The notes beneath the pieces are model-generated. The model was not told where the DNA came from. It worked only from the letters and a program-made list of their open reading frames with translations, and ran no database searches. This document shows, piece after piece, positions 37,801-51,339 of a stretch of 64,000 bases of DNA; position 1 is the stretch's first letter; every line of letters begins with the position of its first letter. The stretch is from NCBI RefSeq assembly GCF_902713615.1, contig NC_052157.1, positions 79,549,411-79,613,410 of the forward strand, written 5' to 3'. The translations under genes were made by a program, and so were the position numbers. The stretch is from Scyliorhinus canicula. Lineage: Eukaryota.

Positions 37801-38684
37801 ACGTTCTACACCCTGCAGTCCAGTTGCATCAGGGTACGTCCAAAGTGTTGCGGTTTTCCAGCAATCCACTGTGGGGGAGCCACCGGCACGTTGCCCAACA
37901 CCTCCACCTCCCTCTAGGTGTCCGATGACTTTTAGGGCTACCTCATGGGATGGAGACAGGGAGCATCTACCTGAGGCTCCACCGCCAAGTCATACTGCCA
38001 GTCCTGCATTCTGATTAGCAGTCGAACAGGGTTCGAACGCGAATGGCCATGGAACACAGTGAGTGGACTGTCTCCACCTGGCATTATGTCAGATCACTCA
38101 TTGACTGTACCACCTGCTTCTGGGTAAATGTCACATCAGTTAGTTACTGCGCCTCTTGGACTGGCACAGCTACCGCTGTGCCTGCGCCACGTCGGCAAAA
38201 CCTGGACAATGAAGCCGCCTTTCCCAGCCATGGCCTGCTGTGACTGAAACTTGCTGAGGGGTGCCGCTGTTATGTCCAGTTTGCTCTGGCACATAGTAGC
38301 CTGTGACGGCTGCCCTGTCAAGGGCTTCGGTCAGCGCCTGCACATAATTGCACAGTATTGGACATGCTGATCCATAGCGATTACCGCCGCTCCCAGTTCC
38401 GACACAGTGGATAAATCACGTGCGTTGTTTACCCTCGGTGCACAATTTTTCGAAGCGTCCTCCTTTTCCTGCGCGTGGTTGCTCTCCTACAACTGTACAT
38501 GCAGGTGCTGGATGTTAGTCCCAATGCCCATGTGGACGGCAGCTAGTTCCTGGGGGCGGCCCGGCCTCCGGTCATCTTCGTGTTGGATATTCCAACCTCC
38601 ACCTGCTGTACAGGAGCAGTTAAGTGGTACTCATCAGCTAATGTCTCAGGAATCACGTTAAGGCAACCCAACTGAGATAAGAGT

Positions 38685-39038
38685 GGGCAGCAGGGTAGCA
38701 TGGTGGTTAGCATAAATGCTTCACAGCTCCAGGGTCCCAGGTTCGATTCCCGGCTGGGTCACTGTCTGTGTGGAGTCTGCACATCCTCCCCCTGTGTGCG
38801 TGGGTTTCCTCCGGGTGCTCCGGTTTCCTCCCACAGTCCAAAGATGTGCGGGTTAGGTGGATTGGCCATGCTAAATTGCCCGTAGTGTCCTAATAAAAAA
38901 GTAAGGTTAAGGGGGGGGGTTGTTGGGTTACGGGTATAGGGTGGATAGTTTGAGTAGGGTGATCATGGCTCGGCACAACATTGAGGGCCGAAGGGCCTAT
39001 TCTGTGCTGTACTGTTCTATGTTCTATGTTCTATGTTC
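38685..39038 (+). mobile_element. Young full-length tRNA-derived SINE (HE1/V-SINE-like) with TSD
   Basis: A box TAGCATGGTGG, B box GGTTCGATTCC, (GTTCTAT)n tail, TSD TAAGAGT at 38678-38684 and 39039-39045. Confidence 0.95.
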
Positions 39039-40162
39039 TAAGAGTCTCTGGGTTGGTGGAGATGTTGGCCATAGTTGTGATGAGCTCCGCGTCTCCTGAT
39101 TCCCGGGCAGATGGCAGGTATTCAGGCTGATATTCCCGTCCCTCCTTGAATCAATGGGGGTGAAGGGTTCAGGCTGTGGCACCTGCAGAGTTGGCGGTCA
39201 TTGGATGGAAACGGCCCATCCACAGCAGTTTTTTGCAAGACACAGGTACACATGCATGATTAGACAGCTTTCCGGGGGATGAAGGAGAGATTTGCGTGCG
39301 CGTGGTGGTGGTCGGTGATTGGAGTGGTTCCGGTGTGGTTCTGAGGATGGTGTGCGGGTAAGGGTGGTGTTGGGGTTGGCGTGGCGCTGACGCTGGTGTC
39401 TGGGGTTGTGGGGTGTGGGTGCTCTGCCGTTCGTGTGGGGTGCGGGTGGTGTGGGGGTCAGGGTAGTGTCGGTGGTTGTATGGTTTGTGGAGGGGTCGAA
39501 ACACGTGACATGGGGAACTGCCACTCAGTGCGATCTGACTTTCTCACCTCCGGCCAAACTACACCTCAGTGACCTTCCGTTCCTCTGAGGTGCTGACGAC
39601 ATCCAGGGTCTTCAGCTCTGCGTGTTGAGGGGCCTCAGATCTGAATGTCACTCGCCTCTCCTCTCCGACTCCCAGCGGTTATGTGCAGCCGTCTGCTGAG
39701 AAGCCGGCGGAAACAGAAGACGACAGTTTTAGACATGTCGTGACAAGCAGCCAGAGAGTGGGTAGCTGGTGGCTATCATGGCCAGGGTTTCCGACTATGG
39801 TGGTAGTTCTGGTACTGGCATGTGAGGCAGGCTGGACTTTTGTCCACCCAGCGGGTTTGGCGGAGGTGGGGGGATGGAATATGACGTGGGTTGGTGCCAA
39901 GGGGTACAGAGCTGTCTACATATCATGGACACCCTGAGGGGGTCATGCGAATTTAATTATGCACTGTAGTCTAGTACTGACTACGTTGTTGCCCACGGCG
40001 CCGTCTGCCTCCACAACGTGCGAGAAATAGCGAAGGCTGGCAGCCTTCTTCACGGGCTGTATTGCAGGCTCACCCTCCTCTCGTCCACGACGTCCAGGCA
40101 GGTCGACAGCTAGGCGTCTGCGAAACATGGGGCCGCGTGTCTTGCTGCCATATTCTTGGTTG

Positions 40163-40376
40163 CCATGATGTGGAGATGCCGGCGTTGGACTGGGGTGAGC
40201 ACAGTAAGAAGTCTTACAACACCAGGTTAAAGTCCAACAGGTTTGTTTCAAACACGAGCTTTCGGAGCACGGCTCCTTCTTCTGTCTCCTTCTCCTGAAG
40301 AAGGAGCCGTGCTCCGAAAGCTCGTGTTTGAAACAAACCTGTTGGACTTTAACCTGGTGTTGTAAGACTTCTTACT
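40163..40376. mobile_element. Penelope-like pLTR remnant forming an 80-bp perfect inverted repeat
   Basis: Arms 40203-40282 and 40297-40376; flanking direct repeat ATATTCTTGGTTG at 40150-40162 and 40377-40389. Confidence 0.85.
40295..40324 (+). ncRNA. Minimal hammerhead ribozyme core (Penelope type)
   Basis: CTGAAGA-a-GGAGC-cgt-GCTCC-GAAA-GCTC: CUGANGA core, stem II, GAAA and palindromic AGCU stem III. Confidence 0.6.
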
Positions 40377-41299
40377 ATATTCTTGGTTGGCATGTGTGTG
40401 GGACGTGAAGTGTGATTATGCATATGCAGCTTTTCAGCACCTCCTGTTTGTGAGTCATCAAGCCGGCGAATCCAGCATCATTTCTCACTGGAATAAATGT
40501 GTTCCACGTAGCCCTGGTGTTTGAACCTTACCAGTAGCAAAATCGGTCCAGATGTGGTGCAGGTTTTGCCTTCGTAAGTATCCACATAGTGTGCATTGGC
40601 ATCAACACTTTGGGCTGAATTGTCAAATTATTGATGCCAAAATCGCATTCAGCGATAGGTCAGAGAATCCGTTTTGACGCCAAAATAGACTGTGGCACCT
40701 GGTTTCAGATGCTGCATCCCCTCCAAAACGGCGTGGGACGGAGTTATTTGATGAGGTGGTCTGCTAGACAATTATACTTCCTTAAATGTTCATCTTGTCC
40801 CCTTTTTTCATTGATCTAGAGCTTGTCAATCAATTACTTAAATATCCGATGTCTGTCACTCATTGGAACAGTCAAGGATTAAAGGTCTTGTGAAAAACGT
40901 GAATTCTTGGTTTAGTTACATATGTTGGGGCTCTGGTCTTATGGTCTCAAGAAAACTAACGTACTATTTTCAGTATAGCCGAAATTTGCAGATCAATCTA
41001 AACCTGCCACTTGCCCTGTTAAATTGCTGAGACTGTTCCACCGCATTGAACCTGGTGCGTTATTTTGAATTGTACCTATTGCATTTTTTACCTCACGGCG
41101 CGATATGCTGTCCGTTTTCGAGATGAAAATGGAGTAATCAAATGTACCATTTAGCGAGGATCTTCTGTTCATACAATCAGTAATCTGTCTGCATATTTAC
41201 TGTTCTAACTTATTCTCGATATTTGGATTTCATTATACATAACCAGAGTTATGCAGTTTATTCGGTTTTACAACCTTCGAAAATTCCACAGAATTTGGT

Positions 41300-42440
41300 G
41301 CACTGACACGAGATTTGAAGCGACAATATCTGTTACATTATCTTAACAGATTGTGGGCGTAGAAGCTATTTGATTGCAAACCAGATAGAGTGATGTCATT
41401 CGCCTAAATATTTAGAATAATTTAATAGCAAAGAAATGGTAACAGGCCAGTTCCAGACTGAGAGTATATGCCCAAAGTCAGAGGTGCCTGTGAACTTGCC
41501 TGCATGTAGGTTGATTCTTCAATGGTTATCGCAGGTACGACCCAGCATCGTAAACAAAGGATAAATTGGTCATAGTATTATTAATGAAATAATTTTCAAA
41601 ACATTTCCATAACAATGCGCCGTCAGGTTGCAGAACACAGTAGTGGCTCACGATTCCACTGCATTATAAATGCATAGATGCATGGTTTAATTCATGGATT
41701 GTGAAACGACTTTGTAGCGACCATCACCGAGAATGATGTGATTCAAAGAACCACTGATGGGGCTTCTGAAATGTACAATATTTTGCAAAATTCAGGTTAA
41801 GATACCCAATGATAGCCAATGAAATTTTGCTGAATGTGCTGAGTTCCGATGAGTTAACGACGATATAAAGCTCAAAAACGTATTCGTACACGGTAGTACT
41901 GTTTAGATGAGCCAGAACAGACTTCCTGAATTGATATTTCGAAATTAAGAGTTTTACATGTTTTGAGGATAGATGGAGAATTGGATTTGTTTTAATGTTA
42001 AGAAGATATTTGTGCTGAGAAATGTTTGACATTTTCAGACAAGGAACATAGGATTCCTGTACCCAGTTGCACCAAACAATTGGGAAGCCAAATATGTCGT
42101 TCTTCGTAATATCAGGGAGTGGAGGACAGTAAGGCGGGATTGCGAAATTCTTAAATTACCTCGCCGATAGCAGACATGGCCAGTGTTGATTTTTAACTCT
42201 CACTCAAAGCATACATAGACAGGAACGTAAGTAACTAATAGCCTCATAAAAGGTGAATTAAACATTGACTAGTTGATTCCTGAGATGAGAGGTTTATTTT
42301 ATGAAAATCGTTAAAAAAGCGTTTCCACTGATCTAAAACAAAAAGATCAGATTGAAACATTTCAGATTCTAAGACAGCTCGATATACAAACCATTATAAG
42401 AATTATTTGTTCCTTGTTTTAAAGTTTCGAACAAGGGCGA
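41300..42440 (+). mobile_element. Very old CR1 RT relic
   Basis: Residual similarity such as GTAAACAAAGGATAAATTGGTC and TTGACTAGTTGATTCCTGAGATGAGAGGTTTATTTTATGAA (TRLIP..GL.YE). Confidence 0.5.
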
Positions 42441-45239
42441 GTGGGATGAAGAGTCTCTCACATGATGACGGTTTACGCACCTTAACTTTACTATTTGGAG
42501 AATACTAGCACTGAAAGTAATAATCAGATTGTGTGATCACGAAGGGACAGATCTTTTCCATGCATTCGATGTCCGAAAAGGTGGGGCAATGGATTTCTTG
42601 AAATCGTGTGGTTTTCTGGGGAGACACGATACCGAGTAGAGCTTCACAATCATTTGTGATTTTGTGGAAGTCGTCGGAAGATTCAGCATTTTACCACTTA
42701 TGTCTTTGTAATATGTGTGCCCTTGTGTTCGGCATGTACCACACATTGTCAGTCTGATACGTTCCCTCTTTTCCTATGTGTGCCGAGCTATATACTTTAT
42801 ATTCACATGTGATGCGTTTTAAGATTCCCTTCAATATAATTTCAGTTGGTTAATTGAAGTTAACCTTCATAGGGAATTCAAACCGTCCCTGTGTGGAAAC
42901 ATTAGGCGACTTGAAATGCTGTATACTGATGCACAAATATATAAATTGTGTTTGAAGTTATGAATAATTTGAAAGAAATACATAGAAAAGTAGAGTCAAA
43001 CCTTGTTATTCGCGAGAAATAAAGATTTCATGCAAATGAAACGGCTTCCCAGTGACGTAACCGAAAGCAATCATGACTTCGAAACGCGCATTGACTCGAT
43101 AGATTGAAATTACATCAATGAAAGTTCTTTATGCAAAAGCCTGCAGATGGGAACATTTCTGTCGTTGATTAAACGTGTTGGCAGAAGGACCATGGAACTT
43201 ACTGTTTCCTTCTACTTCGATAAATCTATGATTGTATGATTTGATATGCATTCACGTGCTATATTTTACATTGCATGTGGCATTGATACATGTGACATCA
43301 TTTGCAGCTAACATCGGCATGGGCTTTTACGAAAATGAAATTCGATATATCAAGGCTCAAAGTAATGAAAAACAACAGTGATAATTAAATACTGCCTCAC
43401 CTGGGCGGACCGGGGTTGCGATGGAGGGGGTTTCGCTCCAATATATTGCTTTAGAAGCCAATCAAAAGCCGTTACTCACCACTGAAAACTGACAATTTTG
43501 GAATATCTTTTAACACTGATTGAACGGGATGATTATGCAAAAAAGTGCCTGAACCCCCATGGCAGTATCCATACAAAATCGCGTCAATTGCCAGAGATTT
43601 CGAATCCGTAGATGGCTTGTACAAGGTCACGTTCCAGTTTTACCGATGGTCCACATTTCTGACCCGTAGCCATCAACTGGACTGATTAGCATTTACGCAG
43701 AAAACCATGGTCACGTCCAGTAGAGATTTGGATACGATTTCAGTTGATTGGCATTTATCCTGTAGCTGCATGGGTTTTATATTTCAATCAATAATAACGA
43801 ACGGCCATTTTACCAATTGTATCCGAAAGCTGCATTTGAATTGCCCGAATCTGTTAGCATCGCACTGTACATTTAATGAAGTCGGATCTAGTCAATTTCA
43901 GCAAAGTTGAAGACAAATTTAAAGATCATAGTTTTGTGCTGCGTTGTTCGAGGTCTTGGGTCAGACTATGTGTTGCGAAGTATAAATCTCACCAAAAAAA
44001 CAGGACGATTGAACACGTTGAAATGCCACATAAACTAACTTTGCTGCTACGACAGTGAAGAGATTTTGTGAACCTTTCTTGACACTTTTGAAGTACTATC
44101 GTTTTCTGTCGCGCTAACTGACGCTCAAGACGATATGAACGTAATAATTTGACAACATGGGGCCAATGTCAGAGCTGTGCCTAACTGAGGCATATGCTTT
44201 TCCCAATCGGCTTGAAATTCTATTTTTTTTAGAAGTTGGAGAACATCATGGCTGTTCACCTTCCGATCAATCATATTTGCATGTAAGATTCGATGGCTAT
44301 TTGAGGATATCATTTTGTTCGTTAGTTAGTTTTTAATAAATCAAGGTGCATTTTGACGCATGTTCATCACCTATGGTTTTATTATTAAGGCCGTCGGAAC
44401 GTAGGCCGCTGCGGAGGCGGGTCAGCACACAAAGGTTTTGACCACAGATCGGACATAATTCCACTAAGTACTGAGTTTTTCTCTAGTTTCCACAGCCTCA
44501 AGAATTTATTTACTTGCATTTTTTCTCTCCCTCTCAGATACACCGTTATGCACCTTTATTCTTTTTTATGTGCGTGGAGCATCTATCCTGCACGTGCTTC
44601 GCACAACTTTTCAAATCGAAAGAGGAATTAATATTCGTCGCTCTCAAATAATATATTTGGTCTCCAAATGCGTCATCCCAGGAGCGATTCCTGCACACCT
44701 AGTTATCAATTGACAATGATGTAGACCGTGCCCATGCGAGAGCGACCGTATCCATTATTGCATATTGTCTGTCAATTTTCGGAAAATTAAACATTGCAAG
44801 AGATGAGTCCTGATGCCTAATCGTTATCGTACTTCGGTGTTCTCCGTGCTGATCATAAAAAAATAGGTTGCCACCCGAATTCAAGAGTAATTAGCAAACA
44901 TTTGGATTCCATTTCCATGAACAACAACTGGGGCACAGTGATTCGAAATAGGAAATTGTGAAGTGCATTGTAATGTGGGATGCAATTATGGAATTCAGAT
45001 TGCTATATCAGTGGTGTGCGTGGCCCAGCTGGCAAGATTCCTAGATTCTAGATTTTTTTTCATTAAAAAAAATCTGCATCAGCACATTTCCACTGCAGCG
45101 CTTGAGAAGACCACGTTCGAGTTATTCCTGAAACAGAGGTGGATCTTGCGATGAGGCTTAAAAACTTAAAATTTTGTCGGCACTGGTCGTTGTTTTCTCA
45201 GGTGCATCTAGCCACGGAAATAACTAAGAAATAACTAAG

Positions 45240-45795
45240 AATATAGCTGTAATAGTCGAAATAGTCTGGCATTTTTATTGAATCTCTCCAAAAACTTCAA
45301 CGGATTATGGTCAGTTTTTGTAATTGTTTCAGTCGAATTACTGGAAACATGAATGTTAAACTGTTGCAAAGCCAACACGAACCCCAAACGCTCCCTTTTA
45401 ATTGTCGAATACTTCCTCTGGTGAATTTTAAATTTTTAAAAATAGCAAATTGGCCGCTCAATTCCGTCATCATCTTCTTCAAAGAGCATGGCACCTAGGC
45501 CCACATCTTTTGCATCGATAGGCACCTTGAATTGTTTTGTGTAATTTGTCCTGACCAGAACAGGGGCAGTGGTTTACACAGCCTTCAGGCCGTCACCTGC
45601 TTTCCTATAGTCTACACAGAATTGTTTAGGAACCATCACTATAGATGAGTTCATCTCACTGCAGCCCAATTCAATTATATTATTTTCAAACATTCTTTCA
45701 ATTGCTTTTTGGAACTGTGCCAATTTTAGAGGGGTAAGTCGATATGTCTGTTGTTTAATTGGAATAGCACCTTCATCATGTATAACCGTTTCATA
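45240..45795 (-). mobile_element. Gypsy pol (RT/RNase H) relic
   Basis: PIKQQTYRL, ENNIIE, SSIVMVPK, FCVDYRK; TAPVL...IDAKDVGLGAML. Confidence 0.8.
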
Positions 45796-48700
45796 TGCTG
45801 CAGCAGGAGAACAAGATGCAGAGGAGCAGGTGGCGGCGGCACAGGCTTGAGGGCCGGCCGCCCAACACGTTGAGGAGGATGAAGTGCCAAGGAGGCAGTC
45901 GATGAGGCCCTGCGTGAACCGTAACTGTATGTCGTTTGAGGACCTGCCTGACCGGGCACGCAGATGGAGAATGCGGATGAGCAGGGAACTGTCAGACATA
46001 TCTGCCAGATTATGTCACACCTGACACCAAGGGGTATGGGGGAGGACACCCATTCCCGGTGACTTTGAACGTAACGGTCGCCACCAACTTTCATGCCACG
46101 GGGTACTTCCAGTCGCCGAGTGCGGACTTTTCTGGCATTACACAGACATCAGCACACTAGTGCAAACGTGGCACCACGTACGAACTGTATGCCCAGGTGG
46201 AGCGGTACATATTGTACCATGTGAACCGCGCCCCGCAGTATGCCCGGGCAGCTGGGTCCGATGCTGTCGCCATGATGTCCCGGGCCAAAGGCTGATCGAT
46301 GGCATGAATATCGCCCTACGAACACCGGCAGATAACAGACCACTGTACATGAACAGAAAGTGCAAATACGCGATGAACATGCAGCTGGTGTGCATTCTGA
46401 ATGCCTGCGCCTAATACCCCGGGAGCGTGTACGATGCATTCATACTAGGACAATCGGTGATTCCCGACATGTTTGAGTCCCCCCCCCCACCCCACCCTCT
46501 TCCCTGCAGCGGGGCTGATTGCTGGGCGACAGGTGTTACCCATTGCGGAAATGGCTGATGAACTTATGTGGAGGACACAGTCCGTCGCGGAGACCCGCTA
46601 CAGTCATGCCCACACAGCAACCAGCGGTGTTGTCGATCGGTGCATCGGAGTCCTGAAAATCTGCTTCAGGTCGCTGGCCCGCTGTAGGGGGGTACATTCA
46701 GTACTAGAATAGGAGGGTCGGCCGCATCGTGGTGGCCTTCTGCACCCTCCACAGCATCGTGCAGCAGAGGGCCAATATGCTGGAGGAGGATGTGGAGGAA
46801 GGGGAGGCCTCGTCAGACCTGCAGGATCAGGCGGAGGGAGACACTGGGCGGGACATGGAGTTTGACCAGGAACGGAAGGCCGCACAACGCCATCTCCAGG
46901 GCCAGCGCGCAGTGGAAGCTCTCGTTGTCTCATGCCTTACCAACATGGCGAGAGGGGGATTCCTGGCGAGGCGCACGGTCACCACCTTCCGAAACCCACA
47001 CCCCTTTCACCTCTCACACTAACAAAATTCCTGAACTCCCACAGCGACAAACCACTTCATGCATGCACTCTCTGTTGCACATACCTGTGGCGCAATGAAC
47101 TTGGGGCACTGGGCTTGCAGTAACAAGGGATCTGGTCCATGGGATGGTGCATTAGGATAACGCGTGTTCCACATCGTATGACAACGTCTGGCTCATGATT
47201 ATTGTCGTACCTTCCACCTGTGTGAAACGTGGATGCGAGCTGATCAGTCCATCACACGGTCCGCTCGAGTCCCTGGTATGGGGGTGCTTGGGACGGGTGA
47301 GGTCGGGCAGGAGGTAGGGGTTGGGGGAGTGGGGAGCACGGTCCAGCAACGCGGCCTTCACTCGAACGGCACACCAACACGCACACGCCAGCACTGACCG
47401 CTCCACCCCCACACAAATCGGAAAGAGTACCGAAGCTCGTCTGAACGTTGTTAAAAGGTGGTTATTGTGAACACATATATACAGTCCCTGCCCTAGCCCC
47501 TATATCTGAACAGGGCCCTGCACACATGCCAAGATAACTGGTGTATAACATTCTGCCCTTACGGAACGTAGCACTACGCCTAGCTGGTTCCTGAGACGGG
47601 GCTGAAGGAATGGAGGCGGCCTTCTGTAACTCCTGACCTGCGACAAGGCGCACGTCTTCTGGAGCGTCATGGGAGGCGGGGTGCTACCCTGCACTGCCTG
47701 ATTTCCATCAGATGCCCGATGCCCAGAAGGGCCAGGAGGGGTGGGGGAGTCCGAGATGATCCGCTCTTCTGTACCCTCCCATTCGGGTGTCACTGGCACA
47801 GATTGCAGCAAACCCTCCACCCTCCGGGTGCCCGATGTAAACCGGAATACTCAATCGGAAGGGGGTGTGATCGGCGCCACTCACTGAGGCTCCCCGTCAC
47901 CTCGCCCATCTCCGTCCGGAACTGTCCCACCAGACTGTGAGTCACTGCCACATCAGCCAGTGACTGGGCCGTGTTCCTTTGGATTTGGGCCACATCAGTG
48001 TCATGGCCACGTCCGGCTGGTTGTGGGCCACGTCCCTCTACGTGTAGGCCACCTGATTCCAAGCCTGTGCCACGCCGGCCACCACCTGAGAATAACCGCC
48101 GACGCTGTCAGCCATGGCCTGCTGTGACTTGGCCATGCTGAGGTGCAGCGCTGTGCTGTCCAGTGCTGCCTGTGAGATGGCTGCCCTCTCCTGGTACTCA
48201 GCCCCCACCTGCACAGCATGCTACAGGTCTTGCACACGCTGACCCATGTCCGTCAGCCTTGCTCCCATTACCTCCACCATGGACACCACTCGTGCATTCT
48301 CGGCCTGGTCGGCACACATAACCGGCCCCACCCTCTGCTTCTGCACGTGGATTGACTATTCCACCTGCCCCTTTTGTTGTGGGAATCCCGCCGCAATCTC
48401 CTCCTGTCGTCCCAGGTTCTCAATCCTGCATCTCCACTGTTAGTGGGACTGGATGTCCCAGGTGTCCGGGACCCGCCTGTGTAGCAGTTGATTCCTGGGG
48501 CTGACCTGCCCGCAGACAATCCAGCCCTTCGCCTGTTCCTATCTCCATATGCTGCACGGGAAGGAATGTGTTGTGCGCATCAGATACTGTCCCAGGAACC
48601 TCCTCACTCAAGTGCGCAACCAAGGTGATTGTCTCTGAGATGATGGAGAGTGTTGGAGACAGCTGTGACAGCAGGTCCGTGTCCTCCTTCGACTCGAACT

Positions 48701-49550
48701 CCGGAGACTCCTGCGTCTCTGGCAGAGTTCAGGTTCTCGTGCTATTATCCCCGTCAATTATCGGCCGCCTCGGGTGCAGCGGGTCTGGCACTGGAATGGG
48801 ACGGGGTCCCCGGATGGACCGGGAGCATCTCTGGCAGGTCCTGTGAGACGTGAGTTGATATGTATATATACATAGACAGTCCGGTTCATGCAGCCCAGGG
48901 TTGGACTCAGTGGCAAGAGCACCCGGCCATTCGCTGGCATGGATGCTGGCATATGGGGCATGGTGCGGATTAAGCTGTCCGCCGGGGAGTGGGGGTGTCC
49001 GCGCGACATGTATGTGTTGGTGTGGGGAGGGGGGTGTTTGGTGTCAGGGGCACAATACTTTCCACTCATCCCGTAGTCCCTGAGGCTGCAGTTTCAACCT
49101 GCACTAAAAACCAGTCCAGAAGACGTTTCCCACGGCGCAGACCACGCCTACCACCCGCACCCGTACATGGCGAATGGCGGTGCCTCGTGGCGTTCCATAC
49201 GGGTCGGGGTAAACAGTCCCACGCCTTTATTCTACGGCGTCCAGGAGGGTATCCACTTCAGCATCCCTGAACCATGGGCCTGCTCTCCTCCAGCTATCTT
49301 GTTGGACGGTCTGTGTATGGCGATTGATCTTTTAAGGACTGCTGCGTCGCATGAGCCTCCTGGTCGACAATCAAGGACCCGACGAATTTGGCACCGTTTT
49401 GCTTGGAAGCGGTTGTGTTCCACGGGCGTGGTGCCAGTCCATTTATAGTTGCTGAATCAGTGCGCCTGTGGCGCCGTTTTAGGTGCCGTAAAACACCAAT
49501 GTTTTCACGCCTTCGTCAGCACTTTGTCTCAAAATCGATGAATCCTGTCT
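45796..49550 (+). mobile_element. Second decayed Harbinger transposon (5'-truncated)
   Basis: LIDGMNIALRTP..YMNRKCKYAMNMQLVC, HTATSGVVDRCIGVLKICFRSL, CTLHSI; same architecture as the first copy. Confidence 0.85.
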
Positions 49551-49675
49551 CCAGAATCCTGGTCAGCTCCTCATATGACAAGATTTTAATTCTCAGGTAC
49601 GTCTCAAAATCGAGGAATCCAGTCTCCAGAATCTTGATCAGCTCCTCATATGACAATATTTTAATTCTCAAGTAC
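49526..49675. repeat. 75-bp tandem duplication at the Harbinger right end
   Basis: GTCTCAAAATCGA..AATCC.GTCTCCAGAATC..TCAGCTCCTCATATGACAA..TTTTAATTCTCA.GTAC occurs twice (49526, 49601). Confidence 0.9.
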
Positions 49676-51339
49676 GCTCTTGTCAACATGTTATGGAAGC
49701 CCCTCAAATGGGTTAAACTGTGACCTTGGTAAGTTTAAATAAGGAGCCATGGTTTGCACTATATCTGGCTTCGGTGCACCTTTGTGGTAGTGCTAACTGT
49801 ATTTACACTGCAAAAGTCAAAAGCTATGCTTTCATTCCCTTTGTTAATCCTGAGTAATAAACTCCACCGCGAGCCAACTGCAAGGGCCATTTCCAGTCTG
49901 TTCAACAGTTCAGACTCGGTTAGCACGCAAGCGACACATATACTCGCCTTGTATTACAGTTCTATATACCCACACCAAACAATAAATTATGAATTCCAGT
50001 CACCAGTAACAATTTGTTGTGGACGTTTGGTCAATTCATAACAGTGCATAAGTGACAGCACCAGATGCTCTAACTTTTTTAAACTTTTAATGTGGTGTGA
50101 AAAATATAGCTTCATTTAAGAAGTGATAATCTACAATATAGGTCTTGGATATTTTTAAAAGAAACGTTGTTAAAACAAAAGAAACTAAAACGATATTTAA
50201 ATCTTAACTGCAACTCGAACGAGAACAGTTGAATGCAATTTCATAACCTTAACACGGTGTTTCTCATTACTAATCACTTAATAAACACATGTCGCTCGTG
50301 CCGCTTACACAGACAAGCCGAGGCAATAATTGCGTTTTTGAGGCGTTATATTCTTCCATTGGAGACATTTTTTCAGAAGACTTTTCCGAAAACTGTATCG
50401 TTGGAAACTTTCATGATCGCTCTGATCGATTTCCACAGACCTATTTTCTACTCTCTCTCGCCCTCCCTCTCTCTCATTCAATTACTCACTCACTCAGCCT
50501 CTCTCACTCTTACTCACTCTCTTTCACTCACTCATTCACTCACCGTCAGTCGCTCTGTCACATTTACTCATTTTCATTCTCACTCACTAACTCGATTGCA
50601 CCCAGTCTCTCTCTCAGTCAGTCACTCTCAGTCACTCTACCTCACTCAGTAACTCTCGTTGTGTTTCACTCACTGAGTCCCACTCACTCTGTGTCACTCG
50701 CTCACTCTGTCTCAGCCACTCTCTCACTCACTCCTACTCACACTCACTCACACTCAAATTCACTCTCACTCAATCAATCATACTCATTCGCTGTCACTCT
50801 CTCACTCTTACTCACCCTCACTCACTCACTCTCAGTGCTTCTCACTCAGTCACGCTCACTCACTCTCACTCACTAAAACTCAATCGTTCTCACTCACTTT
50901 CACAAACTGTCACTCATTCTTACACACTCCGTTCAATCGCGTTTATTCACTCTCTCACTCAGTCAATCTCACTTACTCTATCTCACTCAGTGACTCTCAC
51001 TGTTTTTTAATCACTTATTGTCACTCTCTATTACACAGGTTTACTCATTGTCACTCACTCTTACTCAGTCTCTCTTACTAACTCACTCTCACACACTCAA
51101 TTCCACACTGTCACTCACTCACTTTATCTCGCTCACTTACTCTCACTGTCTTTCACACATTCTATCCGTCACTCACTCTCATTCACTGTCTTTCGCTCAC
51201 TCACTCTCTCTGACGTACTAACGCTCGAATTATCACTCACTCACTATCGTTCACGCTTGTTCACTGACTCTCACAAACTCCCACACACTGTCACTACCTT
51301 GACGGCACTTTGTAAACTCACTCTCAAAAACTGTCACAC

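Larger units (their letters stand above)
27480..40610 (+). mobile_element. Decayed PIF/Harbinger DNA transposon hosting nested L1, SINE and Penelope insertions
   Basis: Transposase relic at ~35780-36960 (VINVIHVPLR, YTNQKGFHSMNLQVIYD, ILHNIA, acidic tail); GGAGAATC subterminal motifs; a convergent minus-strand accessory-gene relic is inferred from family architecture; ends approximate. Confidence 0.75.

Noticed and set aside
38685-38760. tRNA-like A/B boxes
   Set aside because: Head of a SINE with tail and TSD, not a tRNA gene.
43480-43640. Ig-V-like reading NVTL...DAILYGYC..GSGT
   Set aside because: Motif spacing is wrong and there is an upstream in-frame stop; not supportable.
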